In this document: positions 19,761 through 29,622 of the stretch, piece after piece
Layout: each line of letters starts with the position of its first letter
How positions within the stretch are numbered: position 1 is the stretch's first letter
NCBI GenBank assembly: GCA_963663765.2
Contig: CAXXUA010000007.1
Coordinates: 32,001 to 96,000 of the forward strand
Length of the DNA stretch: 64,000 nt
Source of the DNA: Candidatus Poribacteria bacterium
Lineage (GTDB): Bacteria; Poribacteria; WGA-4E; WGA-3G
Direction: 5' to 3'
Notes under the pieces: model-generated
What the model was told of the DNA's origin: nothing
The model's database searches: none
The model's input: only the letters and a program-made list of their open reading frames with translations
Translations under genes and position numbers: made by a program

Positions 19761-22700
19761 CGTTTTCAACTCCCCTTTGGACAGTAAAGCGGTCAAGGAT
19801 ACAATATAGAACAGGAATAATCGTAAGCGTGCAGATCGTCTGTATGACGATAGCCCCGATTTCAACGCCAGCTAATGTTGCCCGCATAATCGCGGTACCT
19901 TGGTCTCCGAGCGTCTGCGGAAATATACTAATAACGATGGTCAAGTTTGTCATGATAATCGTTCGCAATTTGAGTGGTCCCGCTTTGATGAGTGCCTCTT
20001 TGATGGGAAGTCCTTCTTCCCGGTATATGCGGGTCTGTGTGAGTATCAAGATAGCGTCATTGACAACAATTCCGATCAGCATGATTAGTGCCAAGAGTGA
20101 AAAGATATTGATAGTCAATCCAAAAAGCGACATAGACAACACAGCACCCACGAAACCAAGCGGCAGTGTGAGCATAATCGTGAATGGATGTGTGTAAGAC
20201 CCTAAAAGTGCTGCGAGTAGCATATATGTTAGGATAATTGCTTGCACAATTGCCACACCGATGGCTTGAAAAGACTCAGCCTGTTCTTCCGCATCGCCAC
20301 CCATGCGTATCTGGTAGCCGGGCGGTAAATCTATCTGTGCTACCTTCTCCTCGATCTGTTTTGTCGCTGCGCCGAGTGCACCTTGTATCAGATTTGCTTC
20401 AATGACAAACAACTTCAGCTTGTTCTTACGTGCGATCTGCGTTTCACCTAACCGTTCAACGACGGTGCCGAGTGTCGATAACGGCACTAATCCTTTTTGT
20501 GTGCGTATCAGTACCTGATCAACTTTTTCAGCGATATTCATATCCGTTTTGTTCAGTTGCACCCGAATATCGTAAGCGTCATCATCTTCCGTATAGGTAG
20601 ACGCTACCGATCCCGTGATACTGTAGTTAAGCACTTGTCCGATCTCCGCGACGGTGATACCGTAATCTTTGAGCCGATTTCTGTTTGGTATGAACGTGAT
20701 TTCTGGTTTCCCTGTGCGGACAGTGGATTTCGTCTCAATCAACTGCGGCATTTCATCAACGATACGTTTGACCTGTTGTGTTATCTCTATCAGTTTATCC
20801 TTTTCAATGCCTAACACTTCAATTTTGATGTCCGCACCACTGGGCAGACCGCCAGTGCCAGGTAGCATCTGTTGCAGAGTCACGCTGGGGAACTTACCCT
20901 CTAAAACAGTGCGCAGTTCGTTGTTCACCTCAATAATATGTTTTTCATGTCCTTTCGGCAACACGACTAACAACTCAGCATATTCAACACCTTCCTTACC
21001 TCTGCCACTTTTACCGATCTTGGTGAACACATCTTTGACTTCAGGCTCGTTCTTGAGGACGGCTTCTATCTCTGTAGTCATTTCATCTGTCTCGGCTAAT
21101 GTTGTGCTGGGTGGCAATTCTACATTGATAATGAGGAAGTCACCGTTAGATTTCGGCATAAATTCACTACCCAACGATCTTCCTAAATAGCCAGCTCCAC
21201 CAATCAAAACAATCGCAATTGCTACGTTTGCCCATAAGTGATTCAATGACCATGTGAGTATCTTTGCATATCCGCTTTCTAAACGTGCCATACCGCTGTC
21301 CCACAGTCTGAAAAAGACGTTAGGCATTCGTTCCTCTGATTTCGGTTTCAAAAGATATGCAGCCAACATTGGTGTCAGTGTGAACGACATCCAGAGTGAA
21401 AAGAACGTCGCAAACACAACGGTCAGTCCAAACTCAACGAAAAATGCACCCGCGATACCGGACATAAAGGCAATAGGTATAAACACGAAAATGTTTGTCA
21501 TGGTTGAGCCGATCACAGAGATAGTCACCTCTCTTGTGCCTTCCGCTGCTGCTGTTTTAGCAGGTACCCCAGCGTCAAGGTGTCGGGTAACGTTTTCCAA
21601 GATAACAATCGCGTTAACAACAAGTGTGCCGATAGAGAGTCCGAGTCCAAGCATAGACATAATGTTAAGTGTAAAGCCGAACATACTCATCAGGAAAAAT
21701 GAGGAAACGATACACGCTGGCATTACAACAGCAACAATAATCGTCATGCGGAGATTGTGTAAGAAAAGGTAAAGGATAATAGATGTCAAGATGATACCGA
21801 TAATGATGTTCGTTTGTACATCGTTGACAGAGTCTAAGATACTAACAGATTCATCTTTGATCACTTCAATCTCAACATCGGCTGGTAGCTGCGTCTTGAG
21901 TGCTGCAATGGTCGCCCGCACATCATCTGCGAGTTGGATAGGTTGTGCTTCGCTGAGTTTGATAATACTGAGCGAAATCCCTTCTGATCTACCATAGCGC
22001 GCGGTCATCCGCTTTTCAACGAACACATCATCAACCGAACCCAGCTCACTGAGTTTAACGGTGCCGCCAGCAGGCAGGAAAACATCTAAATACCGCAGTT
22101 CATTTAGACTATTGAATTCGCCTTCCATGCGAACGGTAAACTCATCTTTAGATTGTGTGATACGTCCTGCGGGCATTGACATATTCCCTGCGTTGATTGC
22201 GCGCGTTACATCCGTGATAGAGAGTCCATACCCTTTCAATCGTTCTTTGGAAAGGTTGACCTGTATCTCGCGTTTTTCGCCGCCTAAAACATCAACGTTG
22301 GCAACACCTTGCACACGCGACAACGCGTCTTTGACATTACCATCAGCATATTCATACAACTCCGGAAGTGGACGTTCACCTGTCAGCATGAGTTCCATAA
22401 GCGGAGAGGCTCCAAGGTCAAACTTTTCAACAACTGGTGAAATGATACCGTCAGGCAATCTACCGAGAATAGTATCTACTTTGTCTTTCACATCAATATG
22501 TGCGAAGTTGACATCGGTGCCGGAGACAAACCATATAGTAACAATAGAGACACTCTCAAGTGAGTAAGATTCGAGGTTCTTGATACCGCTAATCGTAGCA
22601 ACAACATCTTCTATCTCTTTGGTAATTTGACTTTCAACTTCTTTCGGACCCGCCCCCGGCCATACTGTCCTGACGTTGACGACAGGAATATCAACTTTCG

Positions 22701-22812
22701 GGAACAAGTCCATCGTCAACGTAGCAAACGCGACAATCCCTAAAAAGATAAACACCAAATTAAGCATCACTGCCAGGACCGGACGTTCAATACAGATTCT
22801 TGCTAAATTCAT
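19750..22812 (-). CDS. RND efflux permease (AcrB/AcrD/AcrF family)
   Basis: ~1020 aa; RPV, DLFP, WPGAGP.EVE, AIVILEN, GIVVNDAI, LRTIIMT motifs. Confidence 0.95.
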   Translation of the reverse strand: MNLARICIERPVLAVMLNLVFIFLGIVAFATLTMDLFPKVDIPVVNVRTVWPGAGPKEVESQITKEIEDVVATISGIKNLESYSLESVSIVTIWFVSGTDVNFAHIDVKDKVDTILGRLPDGIISPVVEKFDLGASPLMELMLTGERPLPELYEYADGNVKDALSRVQGVANVDVLGGEKREIQVNLSKERLKGYGLSITDVTRAINAGNMSMPAGRITQSKDEFTVRMEGEFNSLNELRYLDVFLPAGGTVKLSELGSVDDVFVEKRMTARYGRSEGISLSIIKLSEAQPIQLADDVRATIAALKTQLPADVEIEVIKDESVSILDSVNDVQTNIIIGIILTSIILYLFLHNLRMTIIVAVVMPACIVSSFFLMSMFGFTLNIMSMLGLGLSIGTLVVNAIVILENVTRHLDAGVPAKTAAAEGTREVTISVIGSTMTNIFVFIPIAFMSGIAGAFFVEFGLTVVFATFFSLWMSFTLTPMLAAYLLKPKSEERMPNVFFRLWDSGMARLESGYAKILTWSLNHLWANVAIAIVLIGGAGYLGRSLGSEFMPKSNGDFLIINVELPPSTTLAETDEMTTEIEAVLKNEPEVKDVFTKIGKSGRGKEGVEYAELLVVLPKGHEKHIIEVNNELRTVLEGKFPSVTLQQMLPGTGGLPSGADIKIEVLGIEKDKLIEITQQVKRIVDEMPQLIETKSTVRTGKPEITFIPNRNRLKDYGITVAEIGQVLNYSITGSVASTYTEDDDAYDIRVQLNKTDMNIAEKVDQVLIRTQKGLVPLSTLGTVVERLGETQIARKNKLKLFVIEANLIQGALGAATKQIEEKVAQIDLPPGYQIRMGGDAEEQAESFQAIGVAIVQAIILTYMLLAALLGSYTHPFTIMLTLPLGFVGAVLSMSLFGLTINIFSLLALIMLIGIVVNDAILILTQTRIYREEGLPIKEALIKAGPLKLRTIIMTNLTIVISIFPQTLGDQGTAIMRATLAGVEIGAIVIQTICTLTIIPVLYCILDRFTVQRGVENDAG

Positions 22813-22845
22813 AAAATACAAATTCCTTCTATTTTGTTTGACAGG

Positions 22846-23160
22846 TTATTTCCACAACCGACACTTTCATACCATCTGCCAACTGCCGGTAGCCATTGAT
22901 TCCTATCTTCTTCAGCTTATTTTCGTATCAACATCTTCCGTGTAACACTGAATCACATGCGGTGAGTGTATAAAAATACACGCCGCTTGCCACAGGTTTC
23001 ACCCAGAGCATTTTTGCCATCCCAATACGCAGCACGACCACGACTTTGATAGATACCGACTGACTGATGTGCCAAGTTCAACGTCCTAACCATTTTGCTA
23101 TCTGCATCATAGATCGTCACCGTTACATCTGCAGGGACTGCTAACTGATTTTGTAGTGCG
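22846..23160 (-). pseudogene. Relics: frameshifted FlgD-like C-terminal domain plus the 3' end of a second MFP
   Basis: RAAYWDGKNALGE...SGVYFYTL...TRKMLIRK across frameshifts (22918-23160); NGYRQLADGMKVSVV at 22846-22899 parallels the intact MFP end. Confidence 0.7.
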
Positions 23161-23189
23161 AGGTATCTGTACATACCAATGTTGACAGG

Positions 23190-24779
23190 TTATTTCACAA
23201 CCAATACATCCATACCATCTTTTAACTGCCGGTGCCCGTTGACAACGACACGGCTGGACTCGGTTACACCTTCAAGAATAGAAATACTATCGCCCCAAAC
23301 AAGTCCCACTTTCACGTTCTGTTTTTGTGCTTGGTTTCCGTCTGCCACAACGAAAACATGCCCCGCATCATCTTGAATGTTTAAAACGGCTTCACGGGGA
23401 AGCAGTAACGACTCTTCAAGTGCTGAATTGTCTATATTGACTTCCACAAACATACCCGGCTTGAGTTGATACTTCGGATTAGGTATTTTTCCCTTGACGG
23501 TTACCGTGCGATCTGCGGGGTTGACAATCGGGCTGATGTAATTGATTTGTCCCTGGATAATGTCTTTTCCTGCGGTAATGTTTACTGGCGCGCCAACGCT
23601 GATGTTCGTGATCTCTGTTTCAGAGACAGTGAACACCGCATGGACAATATCCATATTGACAATCATAAGTATCGGGTTACCTGCGCGACTGCCCGCAGCT
23701 GCAGCATAATCCCCTGTATCCGCGGTCTTGTTCACCACGATACCAGCTACAGGTGCCGTTATTGTTGCGTCTGACAACCGCTTTTTCGCAAGGTTCACCT
23801 GTTCGGTCGCTTGGTCATATTGTGACTGTGCAGCGGCGATGTCATGTTCCCACACCTGTATCTCAACGAGTATATCCGCTGAACGCAGATTCGCTCGTGC
23901 CTGCTTGACTTGTGACTGCGCTAGTGCAATTTGTTTCTCCCAATCTTTCGTATCCACTGTCCGCTTCGCGAGTCTTTGAGCTGCTTGTGCTTGTTGCAGT
24001 TGGGCTTCGGCTGCGTTTATATCTTCTTCACGCGTGCCTTCTTCTACCAAGCTGAGCTTTTCAACGGCACTTTCATGTTGTGCTTTGGCACCGTCCCGTT
24101 GGGTTTTCGCGTTATCTAAGTCTTGGTCGGTTATCGCCTCTATCTCATAGAGTTTTTGCAACCGCTTGACGTTTACCTCTGCGTTATCCAATGATGCTTT
24201 GGCACCAGAAACCGCCGCTTTTGCCTGTTCCACTTCCTGACTTCTGGCACCTGACTTCGCCTTTTTCAGACTCGCTTCCGCAGCAGCAACACCCGCTTTG
24301 GCTTGTTCAAACTGCGCGTAAACTTGTGCCTGTGCCAACGCCTCTGCTTGATTCAACTTCGCATTCGCTGCATCAAGCGAGGCTTCTGCGTTTATAGATT
24401 GCGTTTCAACTTTTATCTGTGCAGTTGCTTTCACCTTCAAGAGATTGGATTCCGCTGCTTTTTGTGAGGCTTGTGCTTGTGTCAACGCTAGTTGTAGTTC
24501 GTGTGATTCCGTAAGCGCAAGCACATCTCCTTTTCTGACAGGTTGCCCCTCATTAACCTTAAACGCCACTAATTTGCCTGAAGTGTTCGCGTAAATCTCT
24601 ACCATCGCATCCGCTTCAAGGGTGCCGGTATAAGTGGTTTTCTGTTCTATCTTGCCACGGTGTGGCGTGGCAACTGTAACAGGTTTCGGCTTCGACGCTT
24701 CTTGTGCTTGTGTGTAAAACAGCGCACCGAACCCGAAACATAAAAGTAAAAGAATGTATGAAAATCTATTTCGTAGCAT
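23190..24779 (-). CDS. RND periplasmic adaptor (MFP) with a long alpha-hairpin
   Basis: VNEGQPVRKGDVL and ITAPVAGIV lipoyl halves, LKPGMFV, extended coiled coil. Confidence 0.92.
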   Translation of the reverse strand: MLRNRFSYILLLLCFGFGALFYTQAQEASKPKPVTVATPHRGKIEQKTTYTGTLEADAMVEIYANTSGKLVAFKVNEGQPVRKGDVLALTESHELQLALTQAQASQKAAESNLLKVKATAQIKVETQSINAEASLDAANAKLNQAEALAQAQVYAQFEQAKAGVAAAEASLKKAKSGARSQEVEQAKAAVSGAKASLDNAEVNVKRLQKLYEIEAITDQDLDNAKTQRDGAKAQHESAVEKLSLVEEGTREEDINAAEAQLQQAQAAQRLAKRTVDTKDWEKQIALAQSQVKQARANLRSADILVEIQVWEHDIAAAQSQYDQATEQVNLAKKRLSDATITAPVAGIVVNKTADTGDYAAAAGSRAGNPILMIVNMDIVHAVFTVSETEITNISVGAPVNITAGKDIIQGQINYISPIVNPADRTVTVKGKIPNPKYQLKPGMFVEVNIDNSALEESLLLPREAVLNIQDDAGHVFVVADGNQAQKQNVKVGLVWGDSISILEGVTESSRVVVNGHRQLKDGMDVLVVK

Positions 24780-24798
24780 CTGTTATCTCCTTTATCCC

Positions 24799-26160
24799 TT
24801 ATTCAAGTCTAAGGGCGATCGCACGTCTATACCGTGCAGTCGCGACCATGTAATCATGTATCGCTTGTAACCGATTCACTTGGGTTTGGGTATAGGACAG
24901 CTCAACGTCTGTCAACTCAACACCCGTAATCATGCCCGCTTCATGTTTTACATTGGCAATTCGTAAGCCTTCTGCGGCTTGCTCAACAATTCCCTCTTGT
25001 GCTGCAATCAATTCCGCAGCAGCTGCCAGATCAAAGGCAGCGGATTTTGTCTCAAGTTTGATACTGTCAATAAGCCGGTCTTTATTTGTTTGAACCTGAT
25101 CTAACTTCACACGCGCTTGCTTCACACGCGAACGTGTCGCTAATCCGTCAAATATCGGAAACGAAATCGACATGCCAACACTCCAAGATGTATCAAGCGA
25201 TTGTCTCTCATTGTCATTGAACACATAGCTGCCATAAGATGACACTTTCGGCTTATCCCCGGCTTTTGCCACCTTTACCTGTGCCTCGCTAATCCGTTCC
25301 TGTAGGTTTAGCTGCTGGATTTCAGGACGGTGCACAACAGCTCTTGTGATCGCAGCGTCAAGCTCTACATCTTTAATTTCAGCCTGTAGGCTACCCGAAA
25401 GCGAGATCGGCTGCTCAGGTGAAAGCCCCAGTGTCAATTTGAAGTTTTCAACCGCAAGTTTGTGCTGATTACGCGCTTGAATCAATTGTGAACGGCTATT
25501 GACAACTTGCACATTGGCACGGATCACTTCCAACCGTGTCGTTGCCCCCATCGCTTTTTGTTGCGCTGCGAGTTTATGCCGTTTTTCTACTTGTGCGAGC
25601 GACTGTTCCGATACCTTAACAAAGGCTTCTGCCAACAGCACACCGTAAAACGCCTGCTGCACCTTCAACTCCGTATCGAGATGAACGGCTATCAACTTGC
25701 GTTCTGTTACAAGCTTGCCTAGTACCGCCTGCTTATACGTGTTGCTCAGCTGCCCCCACGTAAAAATCTGCTGTGACACACGGGCTTGACCCAGAATATT
25801 ATGCACAGCCCCCATCTGAAATTCTATCGTTTCCATGTCCGTACCACTACCACTTGATGAAGCGTCCGGTGTGCCGCTCAGCACGGATAACAATTCACTA
25901 TCTAACACAATCGTCGGTAAATCACCGTTGAATGTATAACTTGTATCTAACGACAAACGCGGTAAAAACGCAGCACGCGCCTCTTTGATTTTCGCATCTG
26001 CAAGTTCAACATCTTTTTTTGCCACTTGATACTCGTGACTATGACTCAATGCATGACGAATACCGTCTGCCAGTGTAAAAGTTTGTTCTGCTTCTTGTGC
26101 CAATACGATAATAGGGACAAGCAACAGAAATACACAATATGCGAGTGTTCTTCTAAACAT
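24799..26160 (-). CDS. TolC family outer membrane efflux protein
   Basis: Signal peptide, ARAAFLPRLSL, SFPIFDG, two OEP repeats; GGAGG SD before the ATG at 26160. Confidence 0.92.
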   Translation of the reverse strand: MFRRTLAYCVFLLLVPIIVLAQEAEQTFTLADGIRHALSHSHEYQVAKKDVELADAKIKEARAAFLPRLSLDTSYTFNGDLPTIVLDSELLSVLSGTPDASSSGSGTDMETIEFQMGAVHNILGQARVSQQIFTWGQLSNTYKQAVLGKLVTERKLIAVHLDTELKVQQAFYGVLLAEAFVKVSEQSLAQVEKRHKLAAQQKAMGATTRLEVIRANVQVVNSRSQLIQARNQHKLAVENFKLTLGLSPEQPISLSGSLQAEIKDVELDAAITRAVVHRPEIQQLNLQERISEAQVKVAKAGDKPKVSSYGSYVFNDNERQSLDTSWSVGMSISFPIFDGLATRSRVKQARVKLDQVQTNKDRLIDSIKLETKSAAFDLAAAAELIAAQEGIVEQAAEGLRIANVKHEAGMITGVELTDVELSYTQTQVNRLQAIHDYMVATARYRRAIALRLE

Positions 26161-26504
26161 ATACACCTCCAAAATTGTTTATTTGTCAGATTTATAGTAA
26201 ACCTTGAAATTAATGAGACATTTTCTGATTGTAGTACATTCTGTTAGATTGCGTATCTCGTAGCACATCCTTCCATATTGTGTTTGTTCAATCACTATGG
26301 TGAATCATAGAATTATATCTACACTTTCTATCAACGGTAGGCGAGGTTTCCCAACCGAACCGGTGTTTGTTCAGTCTCATGGATGTGGTTTGGAAACTGC
26401 ATCTACCGGGGAGTGTGCACGTATTTTACATTTCACCATATATGAATATGCCAAATAAGTGGGACGTGTCATGCAAAAGGTAAAAACCCACGTCCCATAA
26501 GTTT

Positions 26505-27216
26505 TTACATACGCTTAATTTTACCCCAAGTAGTTGTAAGTTTTTCTAAATGAGTAACCGACGTAACGTTTACCCTCAAAATTTCAATCTCTCTTACACT
26601 TAAACTTCTATTATACAAACGAAATTCATCAACTAATCCCAACCAAGAACCATTTGTATCTTTAGCACCTTTACCAACTATGAGTTTTACAACATCAGAC
26701 ACTTCGCCTTCAGTCGCATCACTATTATGCGTAGGGGTGTCATCAAATATACCATTGATATGCAAAGACAGTTTTTGACCGCTTTCCCAAGAATATGCGA
26801 TGTGTTGCCATTCCGTTGTTTGCACATCGCTTTTACTTTCATAGGTTTGCGTGCCACCTATAGTTATCAGGGTCGCTTGATGACATCTACTCCACCCTTC
26901 ACATCCCAACTGGATTTGTCATAGCGTAAACCGAAAACCTCGTCTTTACCTTAAGGATCAATCCCCATCAGGAGACCTCTGTCGTGATTCGTTTCAGTTG
27001 ACTTTACCCACACAGAGACAGTGAAAGCAGTAAGACCATTGATATAATTGCCACCGTTTTCATCAACAACACAACCATCGTTACCGTCCAGACTGATAGC
27101 ACCGTCATGCCTGCCTTTTGTAGACAATCATTCAGCACCGCCTATCAGTTCAGCGTTGTGGACGTTGCCACTATCATCAGACACAGCGTTACCCTTCGTT
27201 TCGTCAAACGGATATT
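26505..27216 (-). pseudogene. LamG/ConA-like secreted protein, degraded
   Basis: YPFDETKGNAVSDDSGN...FTVSVWVK...WQHIAYSW...VDEFRLYNRSLS...KLTTTWGKIK with in-frame stops and a frameshift; 5' end cut off at a REP pair. Confidence 0.8.
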
Positions 27217-27300
27217 GTAGGTCGGGTAGAGCGTGCGAAACCCCACACGCATCTACTTATCATCAGTAAAGTCGGGTTTCGTGCATCTACCCGATCTACA
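27217..27300. repeat. Inverted GTAG-type REP pair
   Basis: TGTAGGTCGGGTAGAG...GAAACCC / GGGTTTCG...CTACCCGATCTACA. Confidence 0.75.
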
Positions 27301-27332
27301 ATATATGAGTAGATAGACCAGTAGGTTACTTC

Positions 27333-27460
27333 TTACTTCAAACTAACCATTTTACGCAGGAAAGACACACTGTCTGCCTGCAGCTGATAAAAATAGATAC
27401 CGTTTGCCACGCGTTCACCGAGATTGTTCCGACCATCCCAATGCGCAGCACGACTACGCT
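27333..27460 (-). pseudogene. Orphan copy of the FlgD-like C-terminal domain
   Basis: RAAHWDGRNNLGERVANGIYFYQLQADSVSFLRKMV; DNA near-identical to 29623-29740; fused to a REP. Confidence 0.8.
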
Positions 27461-27730
27461 GATGACGCATCTCTATAAGTACTGTTAGGAAACCGCACCT
27501 ACCGTCTAAAAATAAGATAAATCCCGTTAATACTGTTTTGCATAATAGATTCCAAGGCTTACGGGAGTGAAAGTTTTCTGAACCCATTCAATATCAATTA
27601 ATTCATCAAGTACTGAAGCCTCATTTTCAGTGGCACTATGCAGACAAAGCATTTTCCCATCCGGTGCCAAAGCCGTGAGGCTATACGATTTATAATCGTC
27701 CAACTCCTCCTCAAACTGACGATCACGGAC

Positions 27731-29599
27731 TTACCTTTCTGCGGGTGTGATTTCCCACAGCAGCACGGTGCCATCATCACTCGCACTTGCGATTGTGGTG
27801 CCATCCGGACTAAAAGATACGTTATAGACCCTACGTGTATGGCCTGATAATGTTCTTATGTGTGTGCCTATGTCTACGTTCCACAAACGGATGGTTGTGT
27901 CCCAACTTCCACTTGCGATTGTGGTGCCATCCGGACTAAAAGATACGCTATAGACCACACCCCTATGTCCTGATAATGTTCTTATGTGTGTGCCTGTGTC
28001 TACGTTCCACAAACGGATGGTCTCGTCCCAACTCCCACTTGCGATTGTGGTGCCATCCGGACTAAAAGATACGCTCTTGACATCTCTCGTATGCCCTGAG
28101 AGTGTTCTTATGTGTGTGCCTGTGTCTGCCTCCCACAAACGGATGGTGTTGTCCCTACTCCCACTTGCGATTGTGGTGCCATCCGGACTAAAAGATACGC
28201 TCTCGACATCTTCCGTATGCCCTAATAGCGTTCTTATGTGCGTGCCTGTGTCTGCCTCCCACAAACGGATGGTGTTGTCCCTACTCCCACTTGCGATTGT
28301 GGTGCCATCCGGACTGAACGACACGCTCCAGACCCAATACGTATGCCCTAATAGCGTTCTTATGTGCGTGCCTGTGTCTGCCTCCCACAAACGGATGGCG
28401 TAGTCCCTACTCCCACTTGCGATTGTGGTGCCATCCGGACTAAAAGATACGCTCTCGACATCTTCCGTATGCCCAGATAGTGTTCGTATGTGCGTGCCGG
28501 TGTCTGCCTGCCACAAACGGATGGTATTGTGCACACTCGCACTTGCGATTGTGTTTCCATCCGGACTAAAAGATACGCTCTCGACATCATCCGTATGGCC
28601 AGATAGTGTTCGTATGTGTGTGCCGGTGTCGGCCTGCCACAAACGGATCTCTTGCCTACTCGCACTTGCGATTGTGTTTCCATCCGGACTAAAAGATACG
28701 CTATAGACCCTACGCGTATGCCCTGAGAGTGTTCTTAAGTGTGTGCCGGTGTCTGCCTGCCACAAACGGATGGTGGTGTCCCAACTTGCACTTGCGATTG
28801 TGTTTCCATCCGGACTAAAAGATACGCTATAGACCACACCCGTATGCCCAGATAATGTTCTTATGTGTGTGCCTGATTCTACGTTCCACAAACGGATGGT
28901 TCTGTCAAAACTTGCACTTGCGATTGTGTTTCCATCCGGACTAAAAGATACGCTCTCGACCCAATCCATATGCCCAGATAGTGTTCTTATGTGTGTGCCG
29001 GTGTCTGCCTGCCACAAACGGATGGTGGTGTCATAACTCGCACTTGCGATTATGGTGCCATCCGGACTAAAAGATATGCAATTGACCAAATCCGTATGCC
29101 CAGATAGTGTTCGTAGGTGTGTGCCGGTGTCTACGTTCCACAAACGAATCTCTTGTCCACTCCTACTTGCGATTGTGTTTCCATCCGGACTAAAAGATAC
29201 GCTATAGACATCCCCCGTATGCCCAGATAGTGTTCGTAGGTGGTTTCTTGTGTCTGCGTTCCACAAACGGATGATTCTGTCCGGCGATCCACTTCCACTT
29301 GCGATTGTGGTGCCATCCGGACTAAAGGATACGCTCTCAACATCACCCGTATGCCCTGAGAGGAGGTCAAGTTCTTCACCTGTCTGTGCATCGTAGATCC
29401 AAACACCGATACTACCTGCTACTGCCAGCTTGCTGCCATCGTGAGAATAGGCAACATTCCCAGTAATCTGTCCTTTCCCGAGACGTACTTTTGCGTCTTC
29501 GGGTAGATGCCATTGCGATGAGTCTTGGGCATAGGTGTTGGTGGTAAAGGTTAGTGTTATGAATAGTGTTATCAAGATTGAATACAATATGTTTTCCAT
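27731..29599 (-). CDS. Secreted WD40 protein with 13 highly conserved repeats
   Basis: Signal peptide; ~126-bp repeats LSGHTxxVxSVSFSPDGxTIASxSxDxTIRLW. Confidence 0.95.
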   Translation of the reverse strand: MENILYSILITLFITLTFTTNTYAQDSSQWHLPEDAKVRLGKGQITGNVAYSHDGSKLAVAGSIGVWIYDAQTGEELDLLSGHTGDVESVSFSPDGTTIASGSGSPDRIIRLWNADTRNHLRTLSGHTGDVYSVSFSPDGNTIASRSGQEIRLWNVDTGTHLRTLSGHTDLVNCISFSPDGTIIASASYDTTIRLWQADTGTHIRTLSGHMDWVESVSFSPDGNTIASASFDRTIRLWNVESGTHIRTLSGHTGVVYSVSFSPDGNTIASASWDTTIRLWQADTGTHLRTLSGHTRRVYSVSFSPDGNTIASASRQEIRLWQADTGTHIRTLSGHTDDVESVSFSPDGNTIASASVHNTIRLWQADTGTHIRTLSGHTEDVESVSFSPDGTTIASGSRDYAIRLWEADTGTHIRTLLGHTYWVWSVSFSPDGTTIASGSRDNTIRLWEADTGTHIRTLLGHTEDVESVSFSPDGTTIASGSRDNTIRLWEADTGTHIRTLSGHTRDVKSVSFSPDGTTIASGSWDETIRLWNVDTGTHIRTLSGHRGVVYSVSFSPDGTTIASGSWDTTIRLWNVDIGTHIRTLSGHTRRVYNVSFSPDGTTIASASDDGTVLLWEITPAER

Positions 29600-29622
29600 T
29601 ATTATTCTCCTTATGTTGACTG

